Of a stretch of DNA of 64,000 bases, positions 30,979-39,973 are shown piece after piece. Source of the stretch: Nitrosopumilales archaeon (GTDB taxonomy: Archaea > Thermoproteota > Nitrososphaeria > Nitrososphaerales > Nitrososphaeraceae). The notes beneath the pieces were generated by a model. It had not been told where the DNA came from. It saw only the letters and a list, made by a program, of their open reading frames with translations, and made no database searches. The DNA is taken from the NCBI GenBank assembly GCA_044507735.1, contig JBIQJB010000007.1, forward strand, positions 18,873 to 82,872, read 5' to 3'. Made by a program: the position numbers and the translations under genes. How positions within the stretch are numbered: the stretch's first letter is position 1; the number at the start of each line of letters is the position of its first letter.

Positions 30979-32148
30979 TTGTCCAGCCAGGAGCAAATAG
31001 AAGATACGCCCAGTGATCCTCTGGTAGCAGCAGAAGTTAATGATGACAAGTTTTGGTTTTCACATTGGACGCACGAATATGAGGTCAAAGAGACTGGACC
31101 GATGAAGAAGGAATTCTTCTTGCTGAAAAATAAACCGCAGATAAAGATGGATTGGGACAATTGTACAATAAATATTGCGACAGCACTTGGCGATGGCAAG
31201 ATAAGGCTTGTTGTACGAAGCAAGACTGATAGAAATAGCGACTACATGGGTGACAAGCCTGTACAGATCCGGTTTATGCTAGGCATTGACGTTTCTCCAG
31301 ATTCAATTTCAGAAGTACGCGCAGAACCATACAAAATAGCTCGGGATTCCAAACGAAAAGATCTGAATTCCCTGAAAGAGGAAGAAGAGCGCGAGCGATG
31401 GGTGTTTAATTTGGGAAAAGAGGCAGAGGTGTGGCAGTGGGCCAACAATAATCAAGACATGAGATCAAGCAAGGTATTTGCGCTTCGAGAAAGGATAAGA
31501 AAGTTTCTAGACCTGCCAGAGGAACCCAGTGGGGGCAAGATATTCCGAGTAAAGGTAGAACAGCTTGACAAGGTAATACCAGTCATATATCAGCCAGCAG
31601 TAGATTCACTCGATAACTTTTTGCGCGACGTGCACTGCCATATAAAGAATGAACAAGACAGCGATAATGTTGTTGATGTTGAAGTAACTCTAGTGTTCAA
31701 TAATGAATATCTGCGCAGATTTTGGATACTTGATCACAGCTACAAATGGTTCAGAAAAATAAAGTATGGAAGAATGTTGGATATCGAGACTTTTCACATT
31801 CATTTCGTCAAAGACAAGCTGAACGAAAATTATTTCTTGTTTGAAGGGATCTATAGTGGATCCCACGACTTGCAGCAGGACGCTACTCACTTTGATGTGG
31901 GGAAACGTGTAGAACATGAAATAGCATACTATTTGGCGGATCAATTCCATCCGATAGTGTTTGTCAATACATCCAACCATGCAATGTCGGAGCACGATAA
32001 TAACCATGGGCTATGGAAATGGGAGTATATTCCATGGATAAAAAAGGCTCCCATAAAGCTTGGCAACAAGAGCCGAAAGCAGATAGATGCAGAGTATCTG
32101 ACAATATTTGATAGGTTTATCAGACTGTTAAGCAAGCTTGGAAATTGA
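30979..32148 (+). CDS. Hypothetical protein (389 aa)
   Basis: Long open frame, soluble and aromatic-rich; C-terminal VFVNTSNHAM; no family recognised. Confidence 0.7.
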   Translation: MSSQEQIEDTPSDPLVAAEVNDDKFWFSHWTHEYEVKETGPMKKEFFLLKNKPQIKMDWDNCTINIATALGDGKIRLVVRSKTDRNSDYMGDKPVQIRFMLGIDVSPDSISEVRAEPYKIARDSKRKDLNSLKEEEERERWVFNLGKEAEVWQWANNNQDMRSSKVFALRERIRKFLDLPEEPSGGKIFRVKVEQLDKVIPVIYQPAVDSLDNFLRDVHCHIKNEQDSDNVVDVEVTLVFNNEYLRRFWILDHSYKWFRKIKYGRMLDIETFHIHFVKDKLNENYFLFEGIYSGSHDLQQDATHFDVGKRVEHEIAYYLADQFHPIVFVNTSNHAMSEHDNNHGLWKWEYIPWIKKAPIKLGNKSRKQIDAEYLTIFDRFIRLLSKLGN

Positions 32149-32212
32149 TCTTTCATTGGCATCGCACCATTATTCTCGTTTTTGGAAAAAAGATATAGCA
32201 TGCGTGTAATAA

Positions 32213-32400
32213 GCGAGGATATATCATTTCGGCATAGCATGATTCAAGCCTGGAGTTTGAGTTAGTAGGGTCTTTTTTACAAAATAGAGCTCTAATGGAG
32301 CACATATTGCCGCTCTAGCGGCTATATTGATATTATATCTCGCCTGCAATAACATTGCCCCTAAATTGTCAAGAGACCTACTGTAACAAGAATAGCCAAA
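32213..32400 (+). repeat. ~190-bp diverged direct repeat, copy A
   Basis: GCGAGGATATATCATT...TGGAGTTTGA...TATTGCCGC...GCCTGCAATAA...TGTCAAGAGACCT.CTGTAACAAGAATAGCCAAA, shared with 33975..34163. Confidence 0.85.
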
Positions 32401-32488
32401 TGAGATAGAAATATTGTTGGGTTTCTACGTCAAGATTGGCAAGAGACCATCCCAATACAGCACGGTCTCCATTTCATCAACAATTTCC

Positions 32489-32515
32489 AATTCGCTGGCA
32501 AAAGTGCCAGAATGT
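32489..32515. repeat. Short palindromic intergenic element, copy 2
   Basis: AATTCGCTGGCAAAAGTGCCAGAATGT; compare 11757..11785. Confidence 0.45.
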
Positions 32516-32550
32516 CTTGCCAGCAGGATAGAAATTTGAATATGAAAAGG

Positions 32551-32580
32551 TGTGAAGTGCGGGATTTGAACAAACCCCGC
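32551..32580 (-). repeat. tRNA-3'-end-like (att-like) relic, copy 1
   Basis: Minus strand reads GTTCAAATCCCGCACTTCACA: T-loop, T-stem 3' side and an acceptor-like strand. Confidence 0.45.
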
Positions 32581-32594
32581 ATGTCGCCTCTCTA

Positions 32595-33677
32595 TTATTG
32601 GGCCACTTCCTGCGTTTCTTCACGCGGTCCTTCGGTAGGTATCTGTATGAAGGGAGTGCCTCCTTCACCTACGACCAGGGGAAGCCTTCCATCCCACTGC
32701 TGAGTCTTGAGCCACTCCAGATAATGCGGGTTGTTCCTTAGCTGCTCGTCGATAATCCTTATGGCTTCGGCTTCTCCTTGCGCTTCAAGGATGTTTGCCT
32801 GCCTCAGGCCCTCTGCGCGAGCAATGTTTGCCTGCTGCTCTCCGATGGCTCTTGCTTCTGCCTGCTGGGCTTCTATTTCGATCCTGCGAAGCTCGTTGCT
32901 GGCCTGAAGCGCCCTCTGCTCTGCTTCAACCTTGGCCTCGACAGCCCTTGTGAACTGGTCAGAGAACTTGAATTCTGTGATTGAAATGGTTTCTACGATT
33001 ACATTGTATGTTGCAAGCCTCTGCTTTATCTGCTGCTCAATCTCTGTTTTCACCGTCTCTCTTTTTGTAATCAGTTCCTCCGCGTTGAACCTGGCTGTTA
33101 CCTGCTTTACCGATTCCTGGATTGCAGGGCTTATGACTCTGGTTCCATATTCATATCCCAGCTGCTGGTACAGTATCTGAGCATTTTCTGGGCTCACATG
33201 ATAGTTCAGTGCAACTTCTGTCCTGACGTCCTGCAGGTCCTTGGATGCCGAAGCTGCGCTCTCGACTGTCTTGAGCGTCCTAACTTCTACTTGTATGACG
33301 TTATCTCTAAACGGCGTCACAAGATGAAGTCCTTCAGGTAACGAACGTGTTGTATCCACAGCTCCAAACTGGAGCAAGACTCCTCTGTGACCCGCTTCGA
33401 CTATCTTGATGCTTGACGCAAGCACTATTGACAGCACTATCACTCCAATGACAGCAGGTATCGCTATCTTCGTTATCTTCTTTGGATAGCCGTTGCTTAT
33501 GCCCCTGTAAGAACGCGGGTCTTCTAACGGCTCTCCTTCCGGGGTGGTGTTTCTGCCCGGATATATTTTTCTTCCATAGGATCGCGCTAAAGATATCCGC
33601 CTGTAGGCGATGAATCCAATGATTCCAAGTATTATGACAGTGATTGCAATCGAAATTATAGTGCCTGCTTCAACCAT
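32595..33677 (-). CDS. SPFH/prohibitin-family membrane protein
   Basis: VEAGHRGVLLQFG, EGLH, SKDLQDV, QESVKQVTARFNAEELITKR, AVEAKVEAEQ, QWDGRLP. Confidence 0.92.
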   Translation of the reverse strand: MVEAGTIISIAITVIILGIIGFIAYRRISLARSYGRKIYPGRNTTPEGEPLEDPRSYRGISNGYPKKITKIAIPAVIGVIVLSIVLASSIKIVEAGHRGVLLQFGAVDTTRSLPEGLHLVTPFRDNVIQVEVRTLKTVESAASASKDLQDVRTEVALNYHVSPENAQILYQQLGYEYGTRVISPAIQESVKQVTARFNAEELITKRETVKTEIEQQIKQRLATYNVIVETISITEFKFSDQFTRAVEAKVEAEQRALQASNELRRIEIEAQQAEARAIGEQQANIARAEGLRQANILEAQGEAEAIRIIDEQLRNNPHYLEWLKTQQWDGRLPLVVGEGGTPFIQIPTEGPREETQEVAQ

Positions 33678-33838
33678 TGTTCAGCTCCTCCGAGCAACAG
33701 TTTCTGTCTAGAAATCTATTAGACAAAATGTTTCTTACTCTAACCATTAGTAAAATGATCTACAGTCATCATTATTAAGTTCTTGCAGTGAGAGCATTCT
33801 GATTACTACTACTACAACATTTATTTTGTTAAAGTGAA

Positions 33839-33864
33839 TGCGAAGTGCAGGATTTGAACCTCGC
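33839..33864 (-). repeat. tRNA-3'-end-like (att-like) relic, copy 2
   Basis: Minus strand reads GCGAGGTTCAAATCCTGCACTTCGCA; direct repeat of 32551..32571. Confidence 0.5.
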
Positions 33865-33974
33865 ATTATAGTCGTTGTCATCCTTCTCCGAAATATCGTC
33901 ATCGTTCAATAGCCTATTTTCAAAAACCGTTCGAGCAAGAAGGAAATGTAATAATGTCAAATGCTTACGGATTT

Positions 33975-34163
33975 GCGAGGATATATCATTGCGGCACGGC
34001 ATGACTCATACCTTGGAGTTTGAATTAGCAAGGTCTTCTTTTTACAGAATATAGATCTAGTAGAGTATATTGCCGCAATCGATTTTGACGACAGCATCAT
34101 TGCCTGCAATAATGCTGCTCCCAAAAAAATGTCAAGAGACCTCCTGTAACAAGAATAGCCAAA
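33975..34163 (+). repeat. ~190-bp diverged direct repeat, copy B
   Basis: See copy A; ends 39 nt before the ATG of the first DUF4157 gene. Confidence 0.85.
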
Positions 34164-34202
34164 ACTTATCTAGAAGAGCCAAGTAAGGGAACAACAATAT
34201 CG

Positions 34203-35801
34203 ATGTCGTTCATTTTGCATCGCACAGAGAAGAATAAGGCGGCCAACAGCAAATCATCAGATGCTGCCAAAACCCATATCCAAAATAGTTTGGTCAATAA
34301 TGGTCCTCAGGAATCTGTTGTTAATCTACAACGATTCAATCGCAGCCAAGAATCACTAATAACAAGACTCCGCTCAAATGAAAGCTTGTTTGATTTCTCC
34401 ACAATTCGTATTCAACCAAAGCTAAAAGTGAGCCAGCCAGGAGATGCCTATGAACAAGAGGCTGACAGAATTGCTGATGCGGTAATCGCAACTCCCGTTA
34501 CCAATCCTGCTCCCGTCACAGTCACACATACTCAGCCCAAGTTGCATGCGAGGCGCAGTTGTAGTACTTGCAAGGGCGCCAGAAAAGATAAGGATGAAAA
34601 ATTTCAGACATCAAATCTTGAGATAGGAAGAAAAGCTACCAACAACAACTCCTCTAGCCTCAAGACATCTGATCAAATAACCAATGAGATCAACACTGCT
34701 ATCAAGTCTGACAGTGGTAAAGCGCTTGATCCTTCAACAAGACATTTCATGGAAACTCAATTTGGTCATGATTTTTCAACCGTTCGGATACATACTGATC
34801 AGAAAGCAGTTCAATCAGCCCAACTCCTTAACGCACATGCCTATACTGTAGGAACTGATATCGTATTTGACGATGCTCAATATCAACCTGATACGACTGA
34901 AGGAAAAAGACTGCTTGCTCATGAACTGACGCATGTAGTGCAGCAAAGCTCGGCACCGCTGCAAGAATCGCAGCCAGGAGCATCATACGGATCTGCTGCC
35001 GCAGCCTCGCTTTATGTACAGCGCGACCTTGCTCGCCCGCCCACGGGGGCACCTGATGCACTGGTTGAACTGACACCGGAGCAGATTGAAGAAGCAATAG
35101 CGTTTAATGAGTCTCAATTTACAGACCCATACTCTATTCTTCGGATCCGCGACGTGCTGGGAATCGAACCAATAGGAATAGTAGATGAAGCTCTAATTAG
35201 AGCTGTAGTTCAGTGGCAGTCAGAGTTTCATCTACAACAAGACGGTAAAATCGGCTTGGCAACATTTCGGTCAATAATAAGGGAGCTGCAGGCAGAAGGT
35301 CAGCGCGATGATGTTATCGTACTCATAATCGACTTTTTCCACATGCCCACCCGCGGACTGGTTTCCATCCGTTTTGACTCTACAGTTGCGGCTAATGCTT
35401 CTACAAGCGGACCAATTCCAGGCAATTCCACAGTACGTGTTGGACCTGCCGCCTTTGCACAGGGGTTCGCCGGCCTGGTACATACCATTAGACACGAACT
35501 AGAACACGTGCAGCAGCGCCGAGCTGGAATGTTGAACCAAAACTTGCGCGAGTTCCTTGCAGAGTCTGTTGAGATACTTAGCGTTGGAATGCCTCGGGAA
35601 AATGTGGCCGGCTTTATGGATGATGCAGGTCGCGCTCTGCATTTCTGGAATCTGCTTTCAGTTGCAGAACAGAGGGCAAACTGGGCGCAATTTGAGCGTG
35701 TAAGAGATGAGGTTCGTCGCAGATTCAATGGCGCACCTGCAGCAGAGCAGGCAACGCATCAAGCTCTAATGGATTCATACAATGCAGTAGTTCAACCATG
35801 A
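34203..35801 (+). CDS. DUF4157 (eCIS core) protein with putative peptidoglycan-binding domain and C-terminal HExxH metallopeptidase
   Basis: IQPKLKVSQPGDAYEQEAD; GKALD..R.FME..FGHDFSTVRIHTD..AHAYTVG.DIVF..LLAHELTHVVQQ; VQR; AVVQWQSEFHLQQDGKIGLAT; HELEH..EFLAE. Confidence 0.88.
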   Translation: MSFILHRTEKNKAANSKSSDAAKTHIQNSLVNNGPQESVVNLQRFNRSQESLITRLRSNESLFDFSTIRIQPKLKVSQPGDAYEQEADRIADAVIATPVTNPAPVTVTHTQPKLHARRSCSTCKGARKDKDEKFQTSNLEIGRKATNNNSSSLKTSDQITNEINTAIKSDSGKALDPSTRHFMETQFGHDFSTVRIHTDQKAVQSAQLLNAHAYTVGTDIVFDDAQYQPDTTEGKRLLAHELTHVVQQSSAPLQESQPGASYGSAAAASLYVQRDLARPPTGAPDALVELTPEQIEEAIAFNESQFTDPYSILRIRDVLGIEPIGIVDEALIRAVVQWQSEFHLQQDGKIGLATFRSIIRELQAEGQRDDVIVLIIDFFHMPTRGLVSIRFDSTVAANASTSGPIPGNSTVRVGPAAFAQGFAGLVHTIRHELEHVQQRRAGMLNQNLREFLAESVEILSVGMPRENVAGFMDDAGRALHFWNLLSVAEQRANWAQFERVRDEVRRRFNGAPAAEQATHQALMDSYNAVVQP

Positions 35802-35851
35802 TGATGATAATGGGCATTATTATTCGCTAGAATGGTGGGAACAAACAAATC

Positions 35852-36301
35852 ATGACATCGGGTCCTCTAAGACTGGAAATAAGCGTACAAAAACAAGTTA
35901 TTCACTTTGGAGCACCTTGCCAAGTCCTAGTCAAACTTTCAAATGAAGGGCTGAAATCCCAAATGGTCAATAAACGCCTGGCTATAGGCTATAGAGACAA
36001 CATTTCTCGCGAAATATTTGCAGATCTAATAAATCTCGATACGGGCGAGCCTGCCAGAATAGATGCAGTTGATTACAACAGAAATTTTTCCCCCGCTTCT
36101 GATTATGTTTACTTGCAACCGGGTGAAACTATATCGACATTATTTGACCTTTTCGAGTGGTATCCTCCAGTATATGATGGGACTTACAGATTAGTTGTAT
36201 ACTATCAAGCAGACGAACCGATGGCCACAGCGGCTCCACCAGATGTAGTTTCAGGAGTAATTGAGAGCAATCAAATTGTCTTGACCATCACTAAGCAGTA
36301 A
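35852..36301 (+). CDS. Ig-like cytoplasmic protein; candidate immunity protein or peptidase inhibitor
   Basis: V.V.LSN.G..DYVYLQPGET....DL..WY....GTYRLVV.Y..SN; no signal peptide; 50 nt downstream of the toxin-like gene. Confidence 0.7.
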   Translation: MTSGPLRLEISVQKQVIHFGAPCQVLVKLSNEGLKSQMVNKRLAIGYRDNISREIFADLINLDTGEPARIDAVDYNRNFSPASDYVYLQPGETISTLFDLFEWYPPVYDGTYRLVVYYQADEPMATAAPPDVVSGVIESNQIVLTITKQ

Positions 36302-36499
36302 GAAAACTTCTTGAACATCTATGGTTCACAGAACAATGCGGCAATTGCGAAAGTGACACGATGTATTCCTCCTCAGAAATGTACACACATAGCTGATCAC
36401 GCTTTTGTAGTTCTCGATCGATATGGCAGAGATATTTGCATCAGACCGCATCAAAAGTGACAACACTTTTCTAGTCCATCGAATTATGATATCATCGCT

Positions 36500-38026
36500 G
36501 TGGCATTGCACGCATTGGCAAAAAGTGTGAATAAGGAAAAAATGGGCAATGCGTATTGGTCAAAAGAACCAATGTATCCCAGCTTGTCTCGGTCTGCCAA
36601 TCCTACGAGACATTCTCAGAATTCTACCCATTATTATTACCAAAAATCATCGTCATCTATCAGTGACGGGGAAAAGGCCATTCATAGCAGTACATCTTCA
36701 TCTTCATCATCATTTGATTTTTCAAAAATTGGAATCCAACCAAAGTTAAGAATCAGCCAGTCAGATGATGTCTATGAAAAAGAAGCCGATGAAATTGCTG
36801 GCCAAATAGTAGGAAGTGGCGCAGACTCTGCTTACTATCCTAGTGTAGCCGCGGTTGGAGCAAGAAACCTTCAGCAATCACCATCAAGTGACATGGATGA
36901 TGGAAATCTACATGAGGATCTCTCTGATCATAACGCTAATAGGGTAAAGAGCGTACTCAACTCAGGAGGACAACCACTTGATTCATCGACGCGCTTGTTG
37001 ATGGAATCGCGATTTGGCTACGACTTTGGTCAAATAAGGATACATACGGGAAGTGACGCCTCGGCTTCTGCAGAGTCGGTAGGAGCCTTGGCGTATACTG
37101 CGGGACAGGATATTGTTTTTCGTGAAGGAATGTACTCGCCACTGACAGACGCAGGTCAAAGGTTGATTGCACATGAACTGGTGCACGCCATACAGCAGGA
37201 AAAAGCCAGCACAAAGGCCGTGACGACGATGACGGCAGCAGGTAATAATAGTCTTCTGCTGCAGCGCCAAGAAGCAAAAGAAGAAAGCCAAGGTAAGAAA
37301 AAAGAGGATGATAATAATACAGGCGAAGTCATAGCAGAAGGATTAAAGACTGTGGCAGAACAGGCGGTGGATAACAATCCCAAAGTCAAAAAAGAGATAA
37401 TAGAACCGTTGGAAAAGGCTGCGAAGAAAAAGGTGGAGAGCATGTCGACAGGAGAAAAGGCAGCGGTTGTGAGTTTTGGTGTCGCAACAGTTGGTCTTGC
37501 AGGCGGTGCGCTATTATCTGATCCAAAGGGGCGCGAGCTTTTAGAGGGGATAAATCTGGGCGCTCCACTTGCACTCATTCCATACATGCCCTTGACAGGT
37601 TTTAGCTATAAACTGCCAAGCGGTGATACGGGAGAAAAAAGTCAGTTTAGGTTTGAAACGACTTTTTCCGGTAATGACTATCTAAAGTTACTTACCGAGC
37701 GCAAGGATTTTCCCAAAATGTCACTGGGAGTCAAGATGCAGTGGGGATATGACCCCAATACAGAACAACTAAGAGTGCTTGGAGCTCAGGCTCAACTTGG
37801 TCTTATGCCTGGAGTGAGCATAGCTGGCGGCACTTATCCTAACATACTTTCGATGCCTCAGACTTTTATAACTCCAGAAGGGCAGATGGTAACGAGTAAA
37901 AAGCGGATCCCAGATGTGGGCGGAGAGTCCATTCCCGATACGCGTGTAATGCTGAGCATAGACTTGCTCAAACTGGACAAGCGGATAATAGGCAAGAGAC
38001 TTTACAATATTTTGCACTCCTTTTAG
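36500..38026 (+). CDS. Second DUF4157 (eCIS core) protein with an unrelated C-terminal payload
   Basis: IQPKLRISQSDDVYEKEAD; GGQPLD..R..MESRFGYDFGQIRIHTG..ALAYTAGQDIVF..LIAHELVHAIQQ; LQRQ; start may be the ATG at 36542. Confidence 0.88.
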   Translation: MALHALAKSVNKEKMGNAYWSKEPMYPSLSRSANPTRHSQNSTHYYYQKSSSSISDGEKAIHSSTSSSSSSFDFSKIGIQPKLRISQSDDVYEKEADEIAGQIVGSGADSAYYPSVAAVGARNLQQSPSSDMDDGNLHEDLSDHNANRVKSVLNSGGQPLDSSTRLLMESRFGYDFGQIRIHTGSDASASAESVGALAYTAGQDIVFREGMYSPLTDAGQRLIAHELVHAIQQEKASTKAVTTMTAAGNNSLLLQRQEAKEESQGKKKEDDNNTGEVIAEGLKTVAEQAVDNNPKVKKEIIEPLEKAAKKKVESMSTGEKAAVVSFGVATVGLAGGALLSDPKGRELLEGINLGAPLALIPYMPLTGFSYKLPSGDTGEKSQFRFETTFSGNDYLKLLTERKDFPKMSLGVKMQWGYDPNTEQLRVLGAQAQLGLMPGVSIAGGTYPNILSMPQTFITPEGQMVTSKKRIPDVGGESIPDTRVMLSIDLLKLDKRIIGKRLYNILHSF

Positions 38027-38752
38027 GAGAGAAAAACTATTGATTGCAAATGCCCCTAAATTGAGCTAGATAATCCTCAAGGCTAGTGAACAGGTTGAAT
38101 TATGTGAAATATGCGATGATGTATTAATTACTACAAGTGTAAGTGTCTAATCTCATTGCAAGACATTCTATATGAATGGGAAGACATCCCAGTGCAACAT
38201 TTATCACGAATCCTTTTTGAGTCAAGCGTAGCCCAAGGATCATATTGATGTGGAGCATCGAATCGCAAATTCAAAAATAAAAGATGCGACAATGATCCTT
38301 ACTATGTTGCTTAGACTACAACCTTGCAAATGATGTGATCAATGCCAACCTGAGCCTTGACACCGTTTCTGGATCGTGTGATGCTGCTTCATTCCTTGAC
38401 CACTTCTCGTTCACTCCTGTCAAAAAGGACTTGCCGACTGGCGCAGCAATCAGCCCGGGCTCGGTGACGATCTATGTCAATGTGTACGACCTAGTAGGCG
38501 ACATAGTGAAGTCAAAAGAGTTCAGAGACCCAGACGTTTGAGATAGAGAAGGATTTTACAGAGCAACTGTTGTTCGAGTCTGATCGACGGCGATACGTAC
38601 AGGATGAGGGTATTCACCATCAGGGTGTGGCAGCACTCCGATAAAGTTCGGAGATAAAGATTACATGACGATTGTAGTCTAGCGGTCCTCTTTTCACAGT
38701 ATTTGGCAGTACCTGCCGAGGCTTTGATAGAAGGATTCAACCAATAAATTGG

Positions 38753-38783
38753 TATTAACCAACATTTTAGTAATCTTTTAATA
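38753..38783 (+). promoter_or_regulatory. Imperfect palindrome plus TATA-like box upstream of ribB
   Basis: TATTAA-N8-TTAGTA (38753-38772), then TTTTAATA about 25-30 nt before the TTG start. Confidence 0.35.
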
Positions 38784-38806
38784 ACAAAAACCTACAACAA
38801 CTGTCA

Positions 38807-39487
38807 TTGTCTCTTGCTGAAGCAATGGCAGCACTCAAGGCTGGGAAATTCGTTCTGGTCCACGACGACAAGGGACGCGAGAACGAGATTGATATGGTAG
38901 TAGCCGCGGAGCACGTCAAGCCGCACCATGTTGCTACAATGAGAGAGGCTGCTGGTGGCTTGCTGTGCCTTGCAATTGCAAACGAGATCACCACAAAGCT
39001 TGGGCTGGTCTACATGCATGACATGATAGACAGGATGGGCAAAGTCAACCCGATATTTTCAAAGTTAACAGAGGGAAAAGCAGCATATGGCGACAAGCCT
39101 TCATTTTCGATCTCTATCAACCATCGCTCGACCTTTACCGGCATTACCGATAACGACAGGGCTCTAACGATATCCAAGATGGCAGAAGTCTGCAGAAATA
39201 TTGATTTCGGAGGCGTTGAAGACTTTGCGAATAGCTTTCGCGCCCCTGGCCACGTTCCAATCCTGATAGCGTCAAGACGCCTGTTGCATGATCGGATGGG
39301 CCACACCGAGCTGTGCATCTATCTTGCAAAGCTCGCCGGAATCGTACCTGCAGTGGCCATGTGCGAAATGATGGATTCAGCTACACATGGGGCGCTTTCA
39401 ATTGAAGCGGCACAGGAATACGCAGACAAATTCGGCATCCCGCTGGTTGATGCAAGCGAGCTCAAAGCTCACGCCAGGGTGGCATAA
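38807..39487 (+). CDS. ribB: 3,4-dihydroxy-2-butanone 4-phosphate synthase
   Basis: DDKGRENEID, GGLLC, TGITDNDRA, PGHVP, RMGHTE, CEM. Confidence 0.94.
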   Translation: MSLAEAMAALKAGKFVLVHDDKGRENEIDMVVAAEHVKPHHVATMREAAGGLLCLAIANEITTKLGLVYMHDMIDRMGKVNPIFSKLTEGKAAYGDKPSFSISINHRSTFTGITDNDRALTISKMAEVCRNIDFGGVEDFANSFRAPGHVPILIASRRLLHDRMGHTELCIYLAKLAGIVPAVAMCEMMDSATHGALSIEAAQEYADKFGIPLVDASELKAHARVA

Positions 39488-39493
39488 GCAAGA

Positions 39494-39973
39494 TTGGTAG
39501 TACGCATTGCAATAGTTGTTTCCGAGTTTAACAGCGAAGTCACTTTCAAGATGCTCGAACGCGCAAGGAACCATGCAGAAAAGGCAGGCGCCAAGGTCAG
39601 TCATGTCTTTTACGTGCCCGGTGCATTTGACATGCCGCTTGCAGTAGAGCAATTGCTAAGGAAAAGGAGCGTGGACGCAGTAGTCACGCTTGGCGCGGTG
39701 ATAAAGGGGGATACGCGGCATGACGACATTGTTGCAGAAAACGCTGCGAGGTTGATAGCTGACCTATCGCTAAAGTATGGAAAACCAGTCGCGCTTGGCA
39801 TAACGGGACCCGGCATGACCGTCAACCAGGCAATAGAAAGGGTTAATCCCGTGCCTATCAGAGCAGTTGAGGCAGCAGCGAACATGGTTGTGCGTTTGAG
39901 AAAGCTACAAAAGGCAGCCAACAAGGGAACTGTGGTAATAATAAATGATACAGCTTACAATAATCAGGATTGA
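39494..39973 (+). CDS. ribH: Lumazine synthase
   Basis: IAIVVSEFN, VPGAFDMP, LGAVIKGDTRH, KPVALGI. Confidence 0.94.
   Translation: MVVRIAIVVSEFNSEVTFKMLERARNHAEKAGAKVSHVFYVPGAFDMPLAVEQLLRKRSVDAVVTLGAVIKGDTRHDDIVAENAARLIADLSLKYGKPVALGITGPGMTVNQAIERVNPVPIRAVEAAANMVVRLRKLQKAANKGTVVIINDTAYNNQD

Larger units (their letters stand above)
29883..38750. mobile_element. Accessory island inserted between riboflavin synthase and ribB
   Basis: Splits two co-oriented riboflavin genes; contains a transposase relic, direct repeats and toxin-like genes; AT-richer by eye; no intact integrase. Confidence 0.6.

Noticed and set aside
32551-33864. Complete tRNA genes at the T-loop motifs
   Set aside because: No D-arm or anticodon arm adjacent; kept only as att-like relics
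38170-38690. Immunity gene for the second DUF4157 protein
   Set aside because: Only broken fragments (a C2H2-like relic and a 68-aa ORF); no intact candidate
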